A DNA stretch of 64,000 nt from Minwuia thermotolerans (GTDB taxonomy: Bacteria > Pseudomonadota > Alphaproteobacteria > Minwuiales > Minwuiaceae), in assembly GCA_021604565.1 (NCBI GenBank), contig BQJF01000012.1:6429-70428 (forward strand), written 5' to 3'. Position numbers and translations under genes: made by a program. Position 1 is the first letter of the stretch. Every line of letters starts with the position of its first letter. Below are positions 30,306 to 39,940 of this stretch, piece by piece. The notes beneath the pieces were generated by a model. It saw only the letters and a list, made by a program, of their open reading frames with translations. It did not search any database and was not told where the DNA came from.

Positions 30306-31457
30306 ATGAGACTGCTGATCCTGGACAAGGATTATCCGGACAACACCCATGGTTATTCGGACGGGTTCGTAGAATCCCGTGCACTCGAATACAGGCGACT
30401 GGGGCATGAAGTGTCCGTTCTGCGATTCTTCCTGCCAAAGGAAGACAGCTATGCGCGGCTGGGAATCCCGGTTGCCTGCGCACCCGACCTTGCCAGCGTC
30501 AGAGGGGCCATGGACTCAATCGCACCCGATGTGATCATGGTCCACTTCTTCCAGGGCTGGATGTTGAAGAAGCTGTTCTCTGACCGGGAAACGCCTTTGG
30601 TTGTCTGGGTGCATGGCGTCGAAGCTCTGGGGTTCTGGCGACGTCTGTTCAACTTGTCCCAAGGTCGCGAGTTCCTGACCTATGCGAAATACAATCTGCT
30701 CCAGTTGCCGCGCATGCGGCGACTGTTGCGCGCAACACTTTCCCCCCGGCGACGTATCGGCGTCATTTTCGTCTCGAAGTGGATGAAGCGAGTCGCACTT
30801 ACTGACACACTCGCGTTCAGATCCAGACACAAGGTTATCCCGAATCCGATTTCCGTGGACTATTTCGCGTATCACGAGAAGCCGGTGGCCCTGCGCCATT
30901 CAATTCTGCTGATACGCTCCTTCAGTTCCCGCAAGTATGCGACCGACCTAGCCTGTGCGGCACTGACCAGGATGCTGCAGGCGAACCCGCAGGACCACTA
31001 CAAGGTCACGATCATCGGTTCAGGGCACTTCTTCGAGGAGGATGTGGCAGAACTGCGCGCTGATCCGCGGGTCGAAATTGTCAATCGCTTCCTGACACAT
31101 GAGGAGATCCGCGACCTGCACGCACAGCACGGAGTCTTCCTGTGCCCCACCCGTCAGGATGCGCAGGGCGTATCGATGTGCGAAGCGATGGCCAGTGGTC
31201 TCGTACCCATTGCGTCCCGCTCCACCGCGATCCCGGAATTCGTGCGTGACGGTCAGGACGGTTTCCTCACGCGCGACATTGATGGATTGGTCCATGCACT
31301 CACCCGGATCGCGAGAGAACCCGCTACCTTCGCGGCCATGTCTGCTTCCGCAGCATCTCACATTCGGGAATTGACCAACGTTGAAAGCATTGCCCGGCGA
31401 GAACTGGAGTTCGTCGATGAAATTGCAGGTACAGACATGCAGGTGAAGAGCAAATGA
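30306..31457 (+). CDS. Glycosyltransferase family 4
   Basis: FLCPTRQDAQGVSMCEAMASGLVPI; start at ATG 30306. Confidence 0.85.
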   Translation: MRLLILDKDYPDNTHGYSDGFVESRALEYRRLGHEVSVLRFFLPKEDSYARLGIPVACAPDLASVRGAMDSIAPDVIMVHFFQGWMLKKLFSDRETPLVVWVHGVEALGFWRRLFNLSQGREFLTYAKYNLLQLPRMRRLLRATLSPRRRIGVIFVSKWMKRVALTDTLAFRSRHKVIPNPISVDYFAYHEKPVALRHSILLIRSFSSRKYATDLACAALTRMLQANPQDHYKVTIIGSGHFFEEDVAELRADPRVEIVNRFLTHEEIRDLHAQHGVFLCPTRQDAQGVSMCEAMASGLVPIASRSTAIPEFVRDGQDGFLTRDIDGLVHALTRIAREPATFAAMSASAASHIRELTNVESIARRELEFVDEIAGTDMQVKSK

Positions 31458-32095
31458 ACCTAATCTCCCGACTTCTTGGCAAGCGGACACCTGAGTTCCA
31501 TGCCAGCCAATACTGGGAAGAACGGTATTCCGCTGGAGGATCCTCGGGCGACGGATCCACGGGTCGGCTGGCCGAGTTCAAGAGCGAATATCTGAACGCC
31601 AAGATCAGCGAGATCGGCGCTCGCTCGATCATCGAGTTCGGTTGTGGTGACGGCGAGCAACTCGAGATGCTGAAGATCGAGCGTTACACGGGCCTGGACG
31701 TGGCCGCTTCGGCAGTTGACCGGTGCAGCAAGAAGTTCGCGCACGACACGACCAAATCTTTCTTTCTCTACGACTCCAGTGCCTTCTGCGACCGGACCGG
31801 CATTTTCCTGTCCGATATCTCGATGAGCATCGATGTGACCTATCATATCGTCGATGAAGCCGTGCTCCGGCGTTACTACGAGCACCTGTTCCGGTCCGGA
31901 CGAAAGGCGGTCATTCTCTACACGACGGACTTCGACAGAAACGAAGCCTCCCACATTCGACACAGGAGGCCGGGCCCCTTTCTCCAGCGGTTCTCCGCAG
32001 ATTTTACACTCGCGGAAACCGTCCCCAACAAGTACCCCGGTTCCGGGCATCAGGAATCCGATGCGACGTTCTTCTTGTACCTGAGAAATGCCTGA
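31454..32095 (+). CDS. Class I SAM-dependent methyltransferase
   Basis: YWEERYSAGGSSGDGS, IIEFGCGDG, YTGLDVA, IDVTYHI. Confidence 0.85.
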   Translation: MNLISRLLGKRTPEFHASQYWEERYSAGGSSGDGSTGRLAEFKSEYLNAKISEIGARSIIEFGCGDGEQLEMLKIERYTGLDVAASAVDRCSKKFAHDTTKSFFLYDSSAFCDRTGIFLSDISMSIDVTYHIVDEAVLRRYYEHLFRSGRKAVILYTTDFDRNEASHIRHRRPGPFLQRFSADFTLAETVPNKYPGSGHQESDATFFLYLRNA

Positions 32096-33278
32096 TCACC
32101 GTCAAGTGGCAGGAAACCGGACGATGAACCAGATCCCCAACTACCGCCAGTGCAGCGTCGGGGTACTGGATACGGGTGACGATCCGGACATGCGCTTCGA
32201 CGACGAAGGGCGCTGCCACTACTACCATGATTACATGCGCGCCGCCGCCCAACTGGTCCACGAAGGACCGGAGGGTGAAGCCATGCTGCAGGCGCTGGCC
32301 GCGCAGATCCGTGCAGACGGCGAGGGCAAGCCCTACGACTGCATCATGGGTCTTAGCGGTGGTGTCGACAGCACCTATGTGGCCCTGCAGGCGCGCCGCC
32401 TGGGCCTGCGCCCGCTTGCCGTCCATCTCGACAATGGCTGGAACGCGGAACTGGCGGTCCAGAACATCGAGCAGATCGTCAGCCGCCTCGACATCGACCT
32501 GCATACCCATGTCATTGACTGGAACGAGTTCCGCGACCTGCAGCGCGCTCATCTGAAGGCGTCCGTGATCGACATCGAGGTCGTATCGGACCACGCGATA
32601 TTCGCCGTGCTGAACCAGTTGGCATCGAAGTACGGCATCCGCCATGTCCTCAGCGGCACCAATGTGGTGACCGAATTCGTCATGCCGCCGCACTGGATCT
32701 ATGCCAAGACCGATCATGTGAACATCAAGGCGATCCACGCCGCCTATGGCGAGGTGCCGCTGAAGACCTATCCCTTCATGTCACTGAAACTGAAGAAGTG
32801 GGACCTGATGTTCCGGGGACTGAGATCCCACTCCATCCTGAACCTGATGCCCTACGACAAGGCTGCCGTGAAACAGCGGATAATCGAGGAACTGGGCTGG
32901 CGGGACTATGGCGGCAAGCACCACGAGTCGATCTTCACCCGCTTCTACCAAGGTTACATCCTGCCGGTGAAGTTCGGCGTGGACAAGCGCAAGGCCCACC
33001 TGACCAATCTGATCTACGCCGGACAAATCACGAAGGATGACGCGCTGGCAGAACTGTCCGCCCCCCCTTACGACCCCGATCAGATGGAGGAGGATCGCCA
33101 GTTCGTCTCCAAGAAGCTGGGATTCACGCTGGCCGAGTTCGACGAGATCATGCGCGCCCCGCCGCGACCTCACAGTGATTTCGCTGTGGAACGGTCTGTC
33201 TACGAGACCTATCCCGCACTGCGCCCCCTGCGTGGAGCCTTCAACCTGATCAAGCGCCGCGCCGGAAAGCAGGCCTGA
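32088..33278 (+). CDS. N-acetyl-sugar amidotransferase (WbpG/AglX-like), copy 2
   Basis: PYDCIMGLSGGVDST, AVHLDNGWN, KHHESIFTRFYQ, DKRKAHLT; alternative start 32124. Confidence 0.88.
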   Translation: MPDHRQVAGNRTMNQIPNYRQCSVGVLDTGDDPDMRFDDEGRCHYYHDYMRAAAQLVHEGPEGEAMLQALAAQIRADGEGKPYDCIMGLSGGVDSTYVALQARRLGLRPLAVHLDNGWNAELAVQNIEQIVSRLDIDLHTHVIDWNEFRDLQRAHLKASVIDIEVVSDHAIFAVLNQLASKYGIRHVLSGTNVVTEFVMPPHWIYAKTDHVNIKAIHAAYGEVPLKTYPFMSLKLKKWDLMFRGLRSHSILNLMPYDKAAVKQRIIEELGWRDYGGKHHESIFTRFYQGYILPVKFGVDKRKAHLTNLIYAGQITKDDALAELSAPPYDPDQMEEDRQFVSKKLGFTLAEFDEIMRAPPRPHSDFAVERSVYETYPALRPLRGAFNLIKRRAGKQA

Positions 33279-33301
33279 TTGTCGCGATCGCGTGTCCCCG
33301 C

Positions 33302-34462
33302 ATGACCGAAACGGATGTTCAGTGGCTGAAGGACAGGCAGATCCTGCTGATCTCCCCGCAGGACTGGGACCACATACCCATTTCCAAGCATCACTATGCA
33401 GAGGCCCTGGGACTCGCGAACAGGGTGCTCTTTCTGGATCCCCCGGACTGGTCGATGCGCCCGGGCGTCGTGCGCAGAGTAGCCACGGAAAGGCCGGGAG
33501 TGGAACGCGTTACCTGGCGCCCATGCCTGCCAAGGGCACTGCGATTTCATGCGCCCTGGCTCTACCGGATCTGGATCGGACGGGAGGTCCGTCGGCTGGT
33601 CCGGACGCTGCGGGCCAGCCCGCATCTGGTCTGGTGCTTTGATTTCAACACCTATCCCGACCTTCGCGCATTCGGCGCATCGCGCGTGATCTTCCATCCG
33701 GTGGACCCCATCAGCGATCCCAGGCAGGCCCGGATCGGCCAGACCGCCGACCTTGTGCTCAGCGTGTCTGACCGCATTCTGGCGAGCGTGACGGCACATG
33801 CGCCAACACCCGTCAGTGCCGTGATCAATCATGGCACAGGGCCGGAATTCGAGGCACTGGCGCGCATGGAGCCGAGTACGCCGAGGCTGGATGACAACAT
33901 TCAATGCGGCTATTTCGGAAACCTCGACCGCCCCACCATCAACGTGGACCTGTTGGGTGTGGTTGCCCGACAGCATCCGGAGATCACCTTCCACTACTGG
34001 GGACCGTTCAGCGCGGGTTCACCCTTGGCGGTGGCGCTGGCGGATTGCGGGAACTGCCTGTTTCACGGCGCGCTGCCGAAAGCGGTACTGGCCGAGGCGG
34101 CAGCAAACATGGATTGCCTGTTACTGAGCTATCAGGACCACGAAACCGAGTCGGATCGTTCGAATTCGCACAAGTTCCTGGAGTATTTCGCGACCGGAAA
34201 AGTGGTTGTCAGCACCCGCATGTCGATCCATGCCGACGATCCGGAACTGATCCGCATGTCCAGTTCCTCCGATGACTGCGACTTCTGCGACCTCTTCAGC
34301 GAGACGGTGAACGACCTGGGCACCCACAACGCGCCGGAACGCCAGAGGCGGCGCAAGGCACTGGCGCTGCAGAATACCTACATCCGCAACATCGCACGGA
34401 TCGACAGCATTCTCTGCCAGATCGAGACAGCCACCGGCAGCAGCAAGGAAACGAGATCATGA
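33302..34462 (+). CDS. Putative GT-B fold glycosyltransferase
   Basis: ISKHHYA, GYFGNL, FHGAL, NSHKFLEYFATGKVVVST. Confidence 0.65.
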   Translation: MTETDVQWLKDRQILLISPQDWDHIPISKHHYAEALGLANRVLFLDPPDWSMRPGVVRRVATERPGVERVTWRPCLPRALRFHAPWLYRIWIGREVRRLVRTLRASPHLVWCFDFNTYPDLRAFGASRVIFHPVDPISDPRQARIGQTADLVLSVSDRILASVTAHAPTPVSAVINHGTGPEFEALARMEPSTPRLDDNIQCGYFGNLDRPTINVDLLGVVARQHPEITFHYWGPFSAGSPLAVALADCGNCLFHGALPKAVLAEAAANMDCLLLSYQDHETESDRSNSHKFLEYFATGKVVVSTRMSIHADDPELIRMSSSSDDCDFCDLFSETVNDLGTHNAPERQRRRKALALQNTYIRNIARIDSILCQIETATGSSKETRS

Positions 34463-35295
34463 GCCTGAAACGATTGATCGCCCGCAGTGTCGATGTGCTG
34501 CCCTGGGGTGTGCGCAACCGTATCAAGTCGCTGCCACTGGTGGCGCCCTTGCAGCGCTGGCTGGTCAATTCGGCAATGAAGGACGCGGAGTTCGTGCACC
34601 GCATCACCGCCGGTCCCGCCACGGGGCTGTCCATGCGGATCAGACTGCCGGAAGACAAACTGTACTGGACCGGCACCTGGGAGCAGGACGTGACCAGCGC
34701 GCTCGCGGCAGAGGTCACACCGGGGATGGTCTGCTACGACATCGGCAGTCACCGGGGATTCATGGCCGGTGTCATGGCCGCCAGCGGCGCCACGGAGGTG
34801 ATCTGCTTCGAACCGAACCCCCAGAATGCGGGGACGATCGAGGACCTGATTGCCCTCAATCCGCAGATGAAACTCTCGCTGCAGACGATCGCCGTGGGCG
34901 CGGCCGACACCACGGCCACCTTCGAGGTCATGCCGGAGACCAGCATGGGCAAGCTTTCCAGCTCCAGCTTCCAGCACGGCACCGATGGTCAGACGCGGAT
35001 CGAGGTGCAGGTCGCGCGGCTGGATACCCTGATCGACAATCAGGTCATTGCCCCGCCGGACCTGCTGAAGATCGATATCGAGGGCGCAGAGCAGGATGCC
35101 CTGAAGGGTGCGGTCGCCACCATCGAGAAGTTCAGGCCGACCCTGCTGATCGAGGTCCACTCCCACGATCTTCTGACAAGCTGCCGCCAGTGGCTGGCTG
35201 AGCGAAACTACAGGATGCACGTGGTGCAACAGGACCTGGACACGATCACCGCGGCCAACTTCCATGTCTGTCATCTGGTGGCAAAGCCCGCCTGA
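34459..35295 (+). CDS. FkbM-family methyltransferase
   Basis: YDIGSHRG, CFEPNP, VARLDTL, LLKIDIEGAE. Confidence 0.9.
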   Translation: MSLKRLIARSVDVLPWGVRNRIKSLPLVAPLQRWLVNSAMKDAEFVHRITAGPATGLSMRIRLPEDKLYWTGTWEQDVTSALAAEVTPGMVCYDIGSHRGFMAGVMAASGATEVICFEPNPQNAGTIEDLIALNPQMKLSLQTIAVGAADTTATFEVMPETSMGKLSSSSFQHGTDGQTRIEVQVARLDTLIDNQVIAPPDLLKIDIEGAEQDALKGAVATIEKFRPTLLIEVHSHDLLTSCRQWLAERNYRMHVVQQDLDTITAANFHVCHLVAKPA

Positions 35296-36545
35296 TGGTG
35301 CGTCGCTATGTGATCGTCTCCGGCTTTCAGGTGATCAACAACCCGCGCGTGGTCAAGGAAGCCGACGCCATCGCGGAACTGGGGCACGAGGTCATCGTGC
35401 TGGCCGCCATACATCGGGCGCAGGACCTGCCGCGTATCAACGCGATGGTACGGGACCGGAAGTGGCAGCACATCCCCGTGGTGGACCTGACCCGTAACGG
35501 GCCGATGAACCGGCTGCGCGGCACCTGGCTGCGGGCGATGGCCCGACTGATGCGGGAGGCGGGGCAACGCTTCGGGTATGAACATCCGATGCAACTGGGC
35601 TACGAAGCGGGTTCACTGCTGCGCACCGCGCGTCGGCTGAACGCTGACCTCTACAGTCTGCATCTGGAGAAGGCGCTCTGGGTAGGCACGAAGCTGATCC
35701 ATGATGGACGCGCCGTCCGGATCGACATGGAGGACTGGTACACCGACGATGGCCTGCCGGTGGATCAGGCCAAACGGCCACTGGAGATGATGCGGCGCGC
35801 CGAGTCCTTCCTGCTCAACAATGCCGTTCATGCAACCACGACGTCTCATGCTCTCGCAGATGCCCTGGTGCAGGCATATGGCTGCCCGAAGCCGGACGTG
35901 ATCCACAACAGTTTTCCATCCGAGGATCGCCAGACGACGGATGGCAGGACAGTGGACCGTATCGACACCACCATCCCCTCGATCACCTGGTTCTCGCAGA
36001 CCATAGGTCCCGGACGCGGCCTTGAAGCCCTGATGAAGGCGATCATGCTGATCGATGCACCTTTCGAGCTGCACCTGCGCGGGACCCCTCGCCCCGGGTT
36101 CATGCAGGAACTCCTGGCCCGGCTTTCACCGGAGGTGCGGAATCGTGTCCACGTCCATGCCCAGGTGCCGCAGGAGGAACTGCTGTCGCGGCTGAGCGAG
36201 CACGATATCGGCTATTGCGGGGAACTTTCAGACTGTGCCAGCCGGCACCTGACCATCACCAACAAGGTCTTCGAGTACATGCGCGCCGGCCTCGCGATCG
36301 TGGCCAGTGATACCGCCGGACAGAAGGAGGTTGCCGCGACCGCACCCGAAGCGGTGCGCATCTTTCCACAGGACGATGCGCAGGCCCTTGCCGATACCCT
36401 GCGACCGTTGATCGAGAACGCCGAGACCCTGAAAGGCGCCGCAGCCGCTTCCGTCTCGGCCCTGGACCAGCATTTCTCCTGGGAGCTTTCGAAGGCGCGC
36501 CTGCAACATCAGGTGAATGGCTATCTGGAAGCGGCAGACGCTTGA
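35295..36545 (+). CDS. Glycosyltransferase family 4
   Basis: NNPRVVKEA, WFSQTIGPGRGLE, TNKVFEYMRAGLAIVASD. Confidence 0.82.
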   Translation: MVRRYVIVSGFQVINNPRVVKEADAIAELGHEVIVLAAIHRAQDLPRINAMVRDRKWQHIPVVDLTRNGPMNRLRGTWLRAMARLMREAGQRFGYEHPMQLGYEAGSLLRTARRLNADLYSLHLEKALWVGTKLIHDGRAVRIDMEDWYTDDGLPVDQAKRPLEMMRRAESFLLNNAVHATTTSHALADALVQAYGCPKPDVIHNSFPSEDRQTTDGRTVDRIDTTIPSITWFSQTIGPGRGLEALMKAIMLIDAPFELHLRGTPRPGFMQELLARLSPEVRNRVHVHAQVPQEELLSRLSEHDIGYCGELSDCASRHLTITNKVFEYMRAGLAIVASDTAGQKEVAATAPEAVRIFPQDDAQALADTLRPLIENAETLKGAAAASVSALDQHFSWELSKARLQHQVNGYLEAADA

Positions 36546-37831
36546 AACGGGTGCTCTGCATCTCGCCGCACTTTCCGCCGGTCAACGCCGCGGACATGCA
36601 CCGGCTGCGCCAGTCCCTGCCCTGGATGCGGGCCAACGGCTGGGAACCGGTCGTCTTTGCCATCGACCCCGCTGACTGCGAGACAGCCTCCGACCCCCTG
36701 CTGCTTCAGACCATTCCCGACGACATTGAAGTTCATCACGTGCGGGCCTTCTCACCGCGCCTGACGCGCAAGGTGGGGTTGGGCAATCTCGGATTTCGCT
36801 GCTGGCTGCAGTTGCGGCGCGCCGTGGATGCCTATCTGGCACGGCATCCCGTGGACCTGATCTTCTTCACGACGACGGTGTTCACGGCCATCGCGCACGG
36901 TCCGCACTGGAAGCGGAAATTCGGCGTCCCCTTCGTCGTGGATCTGCAGGACCCGTGGCGCAACGACTATTACCTGTCGCTGCCGCGCGACAAGCGCCCG
37001 CGCAAGTTCGCCTTCGATTACTGGCAGAAGTCGAAACTGGAAGCCCGCACGATGCCGGAGGCTGCCGGTGTGCTGGCCGTGTCAGAGCCTTACATCCGGA
37101 CAGTTCAGGAGCGCTATCCCGCCCTCCGCGGCAGGCCCGAACTGACGCTGCCCTTCGCGGCGGCGGTCGGCGACATGGACATCGCACGAACCCTTCCCGA
37201 GACGGAAAGGTCAGCGGACCCGTCACAGGTTGTCGTGCGCTACGTCGGTCGGGGCGGACCGGACATGGCGCGGGCGCTGACAATCCTGTTCCGCGCACTG
37301 CGGTCGGGACTGGACCAGTCGAATGAGACCTTCAGTCGCCTGCGGTTCGAATTCTACGGCACCAGCTACGCGCGCGCGGGTCATGGCGCACGAACAATCA
37401 TGCCAGTGGCGGAACGGGAGGGGGTTGCAGAACAGGTGTTCGAGAACCCTGACCGACTGGCCTACTTCAACTCCCTGCGTCATCTGCTTGATGCTGATGC
37501 ACTGCTTGTCATCGGTTCCGATGACGCGGCCTACACGGCCTCCAAGGTCTACCCCTATGCGCTCGCCGAACGCCCCCTTCTGTCGATCTTTCACGACGCG
37601 AGCGGTGCGGCCGCCTTTGTACGCGAGACGGCGGCCGGCTCTGTCGTGACGTTCGGCGCGGAACAGACCGACGACATGGCAGTGCGGGAGACCTGCTCCG
37701 CGCTTGCCGGACTCGTGCTCATGCCGCAACCTCCCGAACTGGACAGGACGGCATTCGCCACGTTCACTGCCGAAGCTATGACGGCAAGAATGACCGCGTT
37801 CCTCGAAGAAGCCATTGCGTTCCGACCATGA
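36542..37831 (+). CDS. Putative GT-B fold glycosyltransferase
   Basis: ISPHFPPVNAADMHR, VDLQDPW, YTASKVYPY; TTG start overlaps the previous stop. Confidence 0.7.
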   Translation: MKRVLCISPHFPPVNAADMHRLRQSLPWMRANGWEPVVFAIDPADCETASDPLLLQTIPDDIEVHHVRAFSPRLTRKVGLGNLGFRCWLQLRRAVDAYLARHPVDLIFFTTTVFTAIAHGPHWKRKFGVPFVVDLQDPWRNDYYLSLPRDKRPRKFAFDYWQKSKLEARTMPEAAGVLAVSEPYIRTVQERYPALRGRPELTLPFAAAVGDMDIARTLPETERSADPSQVVVRYVGRGGPDMARALTILFRALRSGLDQSNETFSRLRFEFYGTSYARAGHGARTIMPVAEREGVAEQVFENPDRLAYFNSLRHLLDADALLVIGSDDAAYTASKVYPYALAERPLLSIFHDASGAAAFVRETAAGSVVTFGAEQTDDMAVRETCSALAGLVLMPQPPELDRTAFATFTAEAMTARMTAFLEEAIAFRP

Positions 37832-37841
37832 TGGAATTCCC

Positions 37842-38471
37842 ATGACCGAAAAATTCGTTCAGTACGGCTGTGGCCAGGGTGGACCGGCCACCTGGGTGAA
37901 CTACGACGCTTCGCCCACCCTTCGGTTCGAGCGCATTCCGCTGATCGGACGCCTTTATACCCGCAACAGCCAGCGTTTCGCCGACACCGTCCGGTATGGA
38001 GATGTAGTGGCAGGGCTGCCCGAACCCGATGCCAGCGCAGATGCTGTCTACTGTTCGCATGTACTGGAGCATCTGGCGCTTGAAGACCTGCGCGTCGCAC
38101 TTGCCAACACAATCCGATTGCTGAAACCCGGCGGCGTGTTCCGGCTGGTCGTTCCGGACATGGAGTTCGAGGCCAGGCGGTATCTGGACAATCCCGACAC
38201 CGATGCGGTGAGCCAGTTCATGGATGCGACCTATCTGGGGTCGCGTCGCAGGGCCCGCACCCTGAAGCAGAAGCTGACCAGTCAACTGGGTAACAGCAGC
38301 CATTTATGGATGTGGGACTACAAGGGGCTCGCGCAGGAGCTGACACAGGCGGGTTTCGAAGATATCCGCCGCGCCAGCTACGGTGACGCCACAATTGCCG
38401 CCTTTGCAGATGTCGAAGATGCGGGGCGTTGGGCGAACAGCCTGGGAATTGAATGCAGGAAGCCGGGTTGA
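37842..38471 (+). CDS. SAM-dependent methyltransferase domain protein
   Basis: QYGCG, WVNYD, YCSHVLEHL, LLKPGGVFRLVVPD, HLWMWD; start at ATG 37842. Confidence 0.82.
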   Translation: MTEKFVQYGCGQGGPATWVNYDASPTLRFERIPLIGRLYTRNSQRFADTVRYGDVVAGLPEPDASADAVYCSHVLEHLALEDLRVALANTIRLLKPGGVFRLVVPDMEFEARRYLDNPDTDAVSQFMDATYLGSRRRARTLKQKLTSQLGNSSHLWMWDYKGLAQELTQAGFEDIRRASYGDATIAAFADVEDAGRWANSLGIECRKPG

Positions 38472-39673
38472 GCACGAAGGTGCCGAACAGGCGGCTGGCA
38501 ATCCTTACCAGCCATCCGATCCAGTACAACGCCCCCCTCTTTCGGGAACTGGCTGCTCAGGAAGACCTGACACTTCGCGTCTTCTACTGCTGGGAGGGCA
38601 CGGCAAACGCCTTCGATCACGAATTCAATCGCGCGGTCACTCTCGATATTCCCATGCTGGAGGGATACGAATGGGAGATGGTGCCCAATATTGCCAGGGA
38701 TCAGGGCACGCATCATTTCGGTGGCCTGCACAACCCCGAGATGAACGCCAGGATCGCCGGGTTTGCTCCTGACTCCCTGCTCGTCTTCGGCTGGGCATGG
38801 CGGACGAACCTGAGCGCCTTGCGCCACTTCCATGGTCGCGTGCCAATCCTGTTTCGCGGCGATTCAACCCTGGATTCGACACATCATGCGCGCTGGAAGT
38901 CCCTGCTGCGCAAACTCCTGCTGACCTGGGTCTACAGACATGTCGACCTGGCTCTCTCACCGGGACAGGAGAACCGAAGATACCTGAAGGCAATGGGACT
39001 GCCAGAGGGCCGCATAAGACACATGCCCCATGCGATCGATGTTCAGCGGTTCTCGGCCACAGACCCGGAAACCAAGCGCCGCGCAGCAGAGATGCGCTCG
39101 GACCTGGGCATCAGTTCCACGGCACTTGTCTTTCTCTTCGCCGGAAAGTTCGTTCACCGCAAACAGGTACACGTTCTGCTGTCCGCCTTTCAGGCCTTGC
39201 AGGAGAAACTGCCGGATGAGGACATGCACCTGGTACTTGCAGGCGACGGGCCGGACGAACCCGGGCTCCGGGAGCAAGCATCGGGGCTGTCTTCCGTGCA
39301 TTTCGCCGGGTTCAGAAACCAGAGTGAAATGCCGGAAACCTACCGAATGGCGGACGTCTACGTCCTGCCCTCTTTGCGCGACACATGGGGCCTGGGACTG
39401 AACGAGGCACTGACGGCTGGCTGCGTTGCAATTGCGAGTGACCGTGTGGGTGCAGCACCTGATCTGTTGAAGGACAAACCCTACGGTCGGATATTCACCT
39501 GCGGCGATGCCATGGCGCTGTGTGCAACGATGCTGGAACTTGCCCGAAACCGTGCCGACCTGCGGGGACTTGGACGTCAGGCTGCGGACGAGAGCGCCAC
39601 CTGGTCAATCAGTTCGGCAGCACAGGCTGTCACGCAGGTCATGCGCGACACCCCTCCCCACGAGACAGGCTGA
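38468..39673 (+). CDS. Glycosyltransferase family 4
   Basis: SHPIQYNAP, LFAGKF, GFRNQSE, VLPSLRDTWGLGLNEA; TTG start overlapping the previous stop. Confidence 0.88.
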   Translation: MSTKVPNRRLAILTSHPIQYNAPLFRELAAQEDLTLRVFYCWEGTANAFDHEFNRAVTLDIPMLEGYEWEMVPNIARDQGTHHFGGLHNPEMNARIAGFAPDSLLVFGWAWRTNLSALRHFHGRVPILFRGDSTLDSTHHARWKSLLRKLLLTWVYRHVDLALSPGQENRRYLKAMGLPEGRIRHMPHAIDVQRFSATDPETKRRAAEMRSDLGISSTALVFLFAGKFVHRKQVHVLLSAFQALQEKLPDEDMHLVLAGDGPDEPGLREQASGLSSVHFAGFRNQSEMPETYRMADVYVLPSLRDTWGLGLNEALTAGCVAIASDRVGAAPDLLKDKPYGRIFTCGDAMALCATMLELARNRADLRGLGRQAADESATWSISSAAQAVTQVMRDTPPHETG

Positions 39674-39940
39674 AACCGCCCCCATGATGCCTGCAGCCAG
39701 CCTGGAAGAAGCCGCCGTCCCGAAATTTCCGTCACCTGGAGTGAAGGGCATTCACCCAGATTTGCCTTGCGATGCACACAAACCACTGGCAAGCATCAGC
39801 CGGCGTCTTGGCAGGTGACTTCAGGCTACGGATTGGAACACAGGATCCCTACGCGGTGACGGGATGACAATTGTTCTGGCACATGAATGTGATCAACGAA
39901 CAGCCTTCGAGGCGCGTTGGCACTGACCGGGAGCAGTAGC

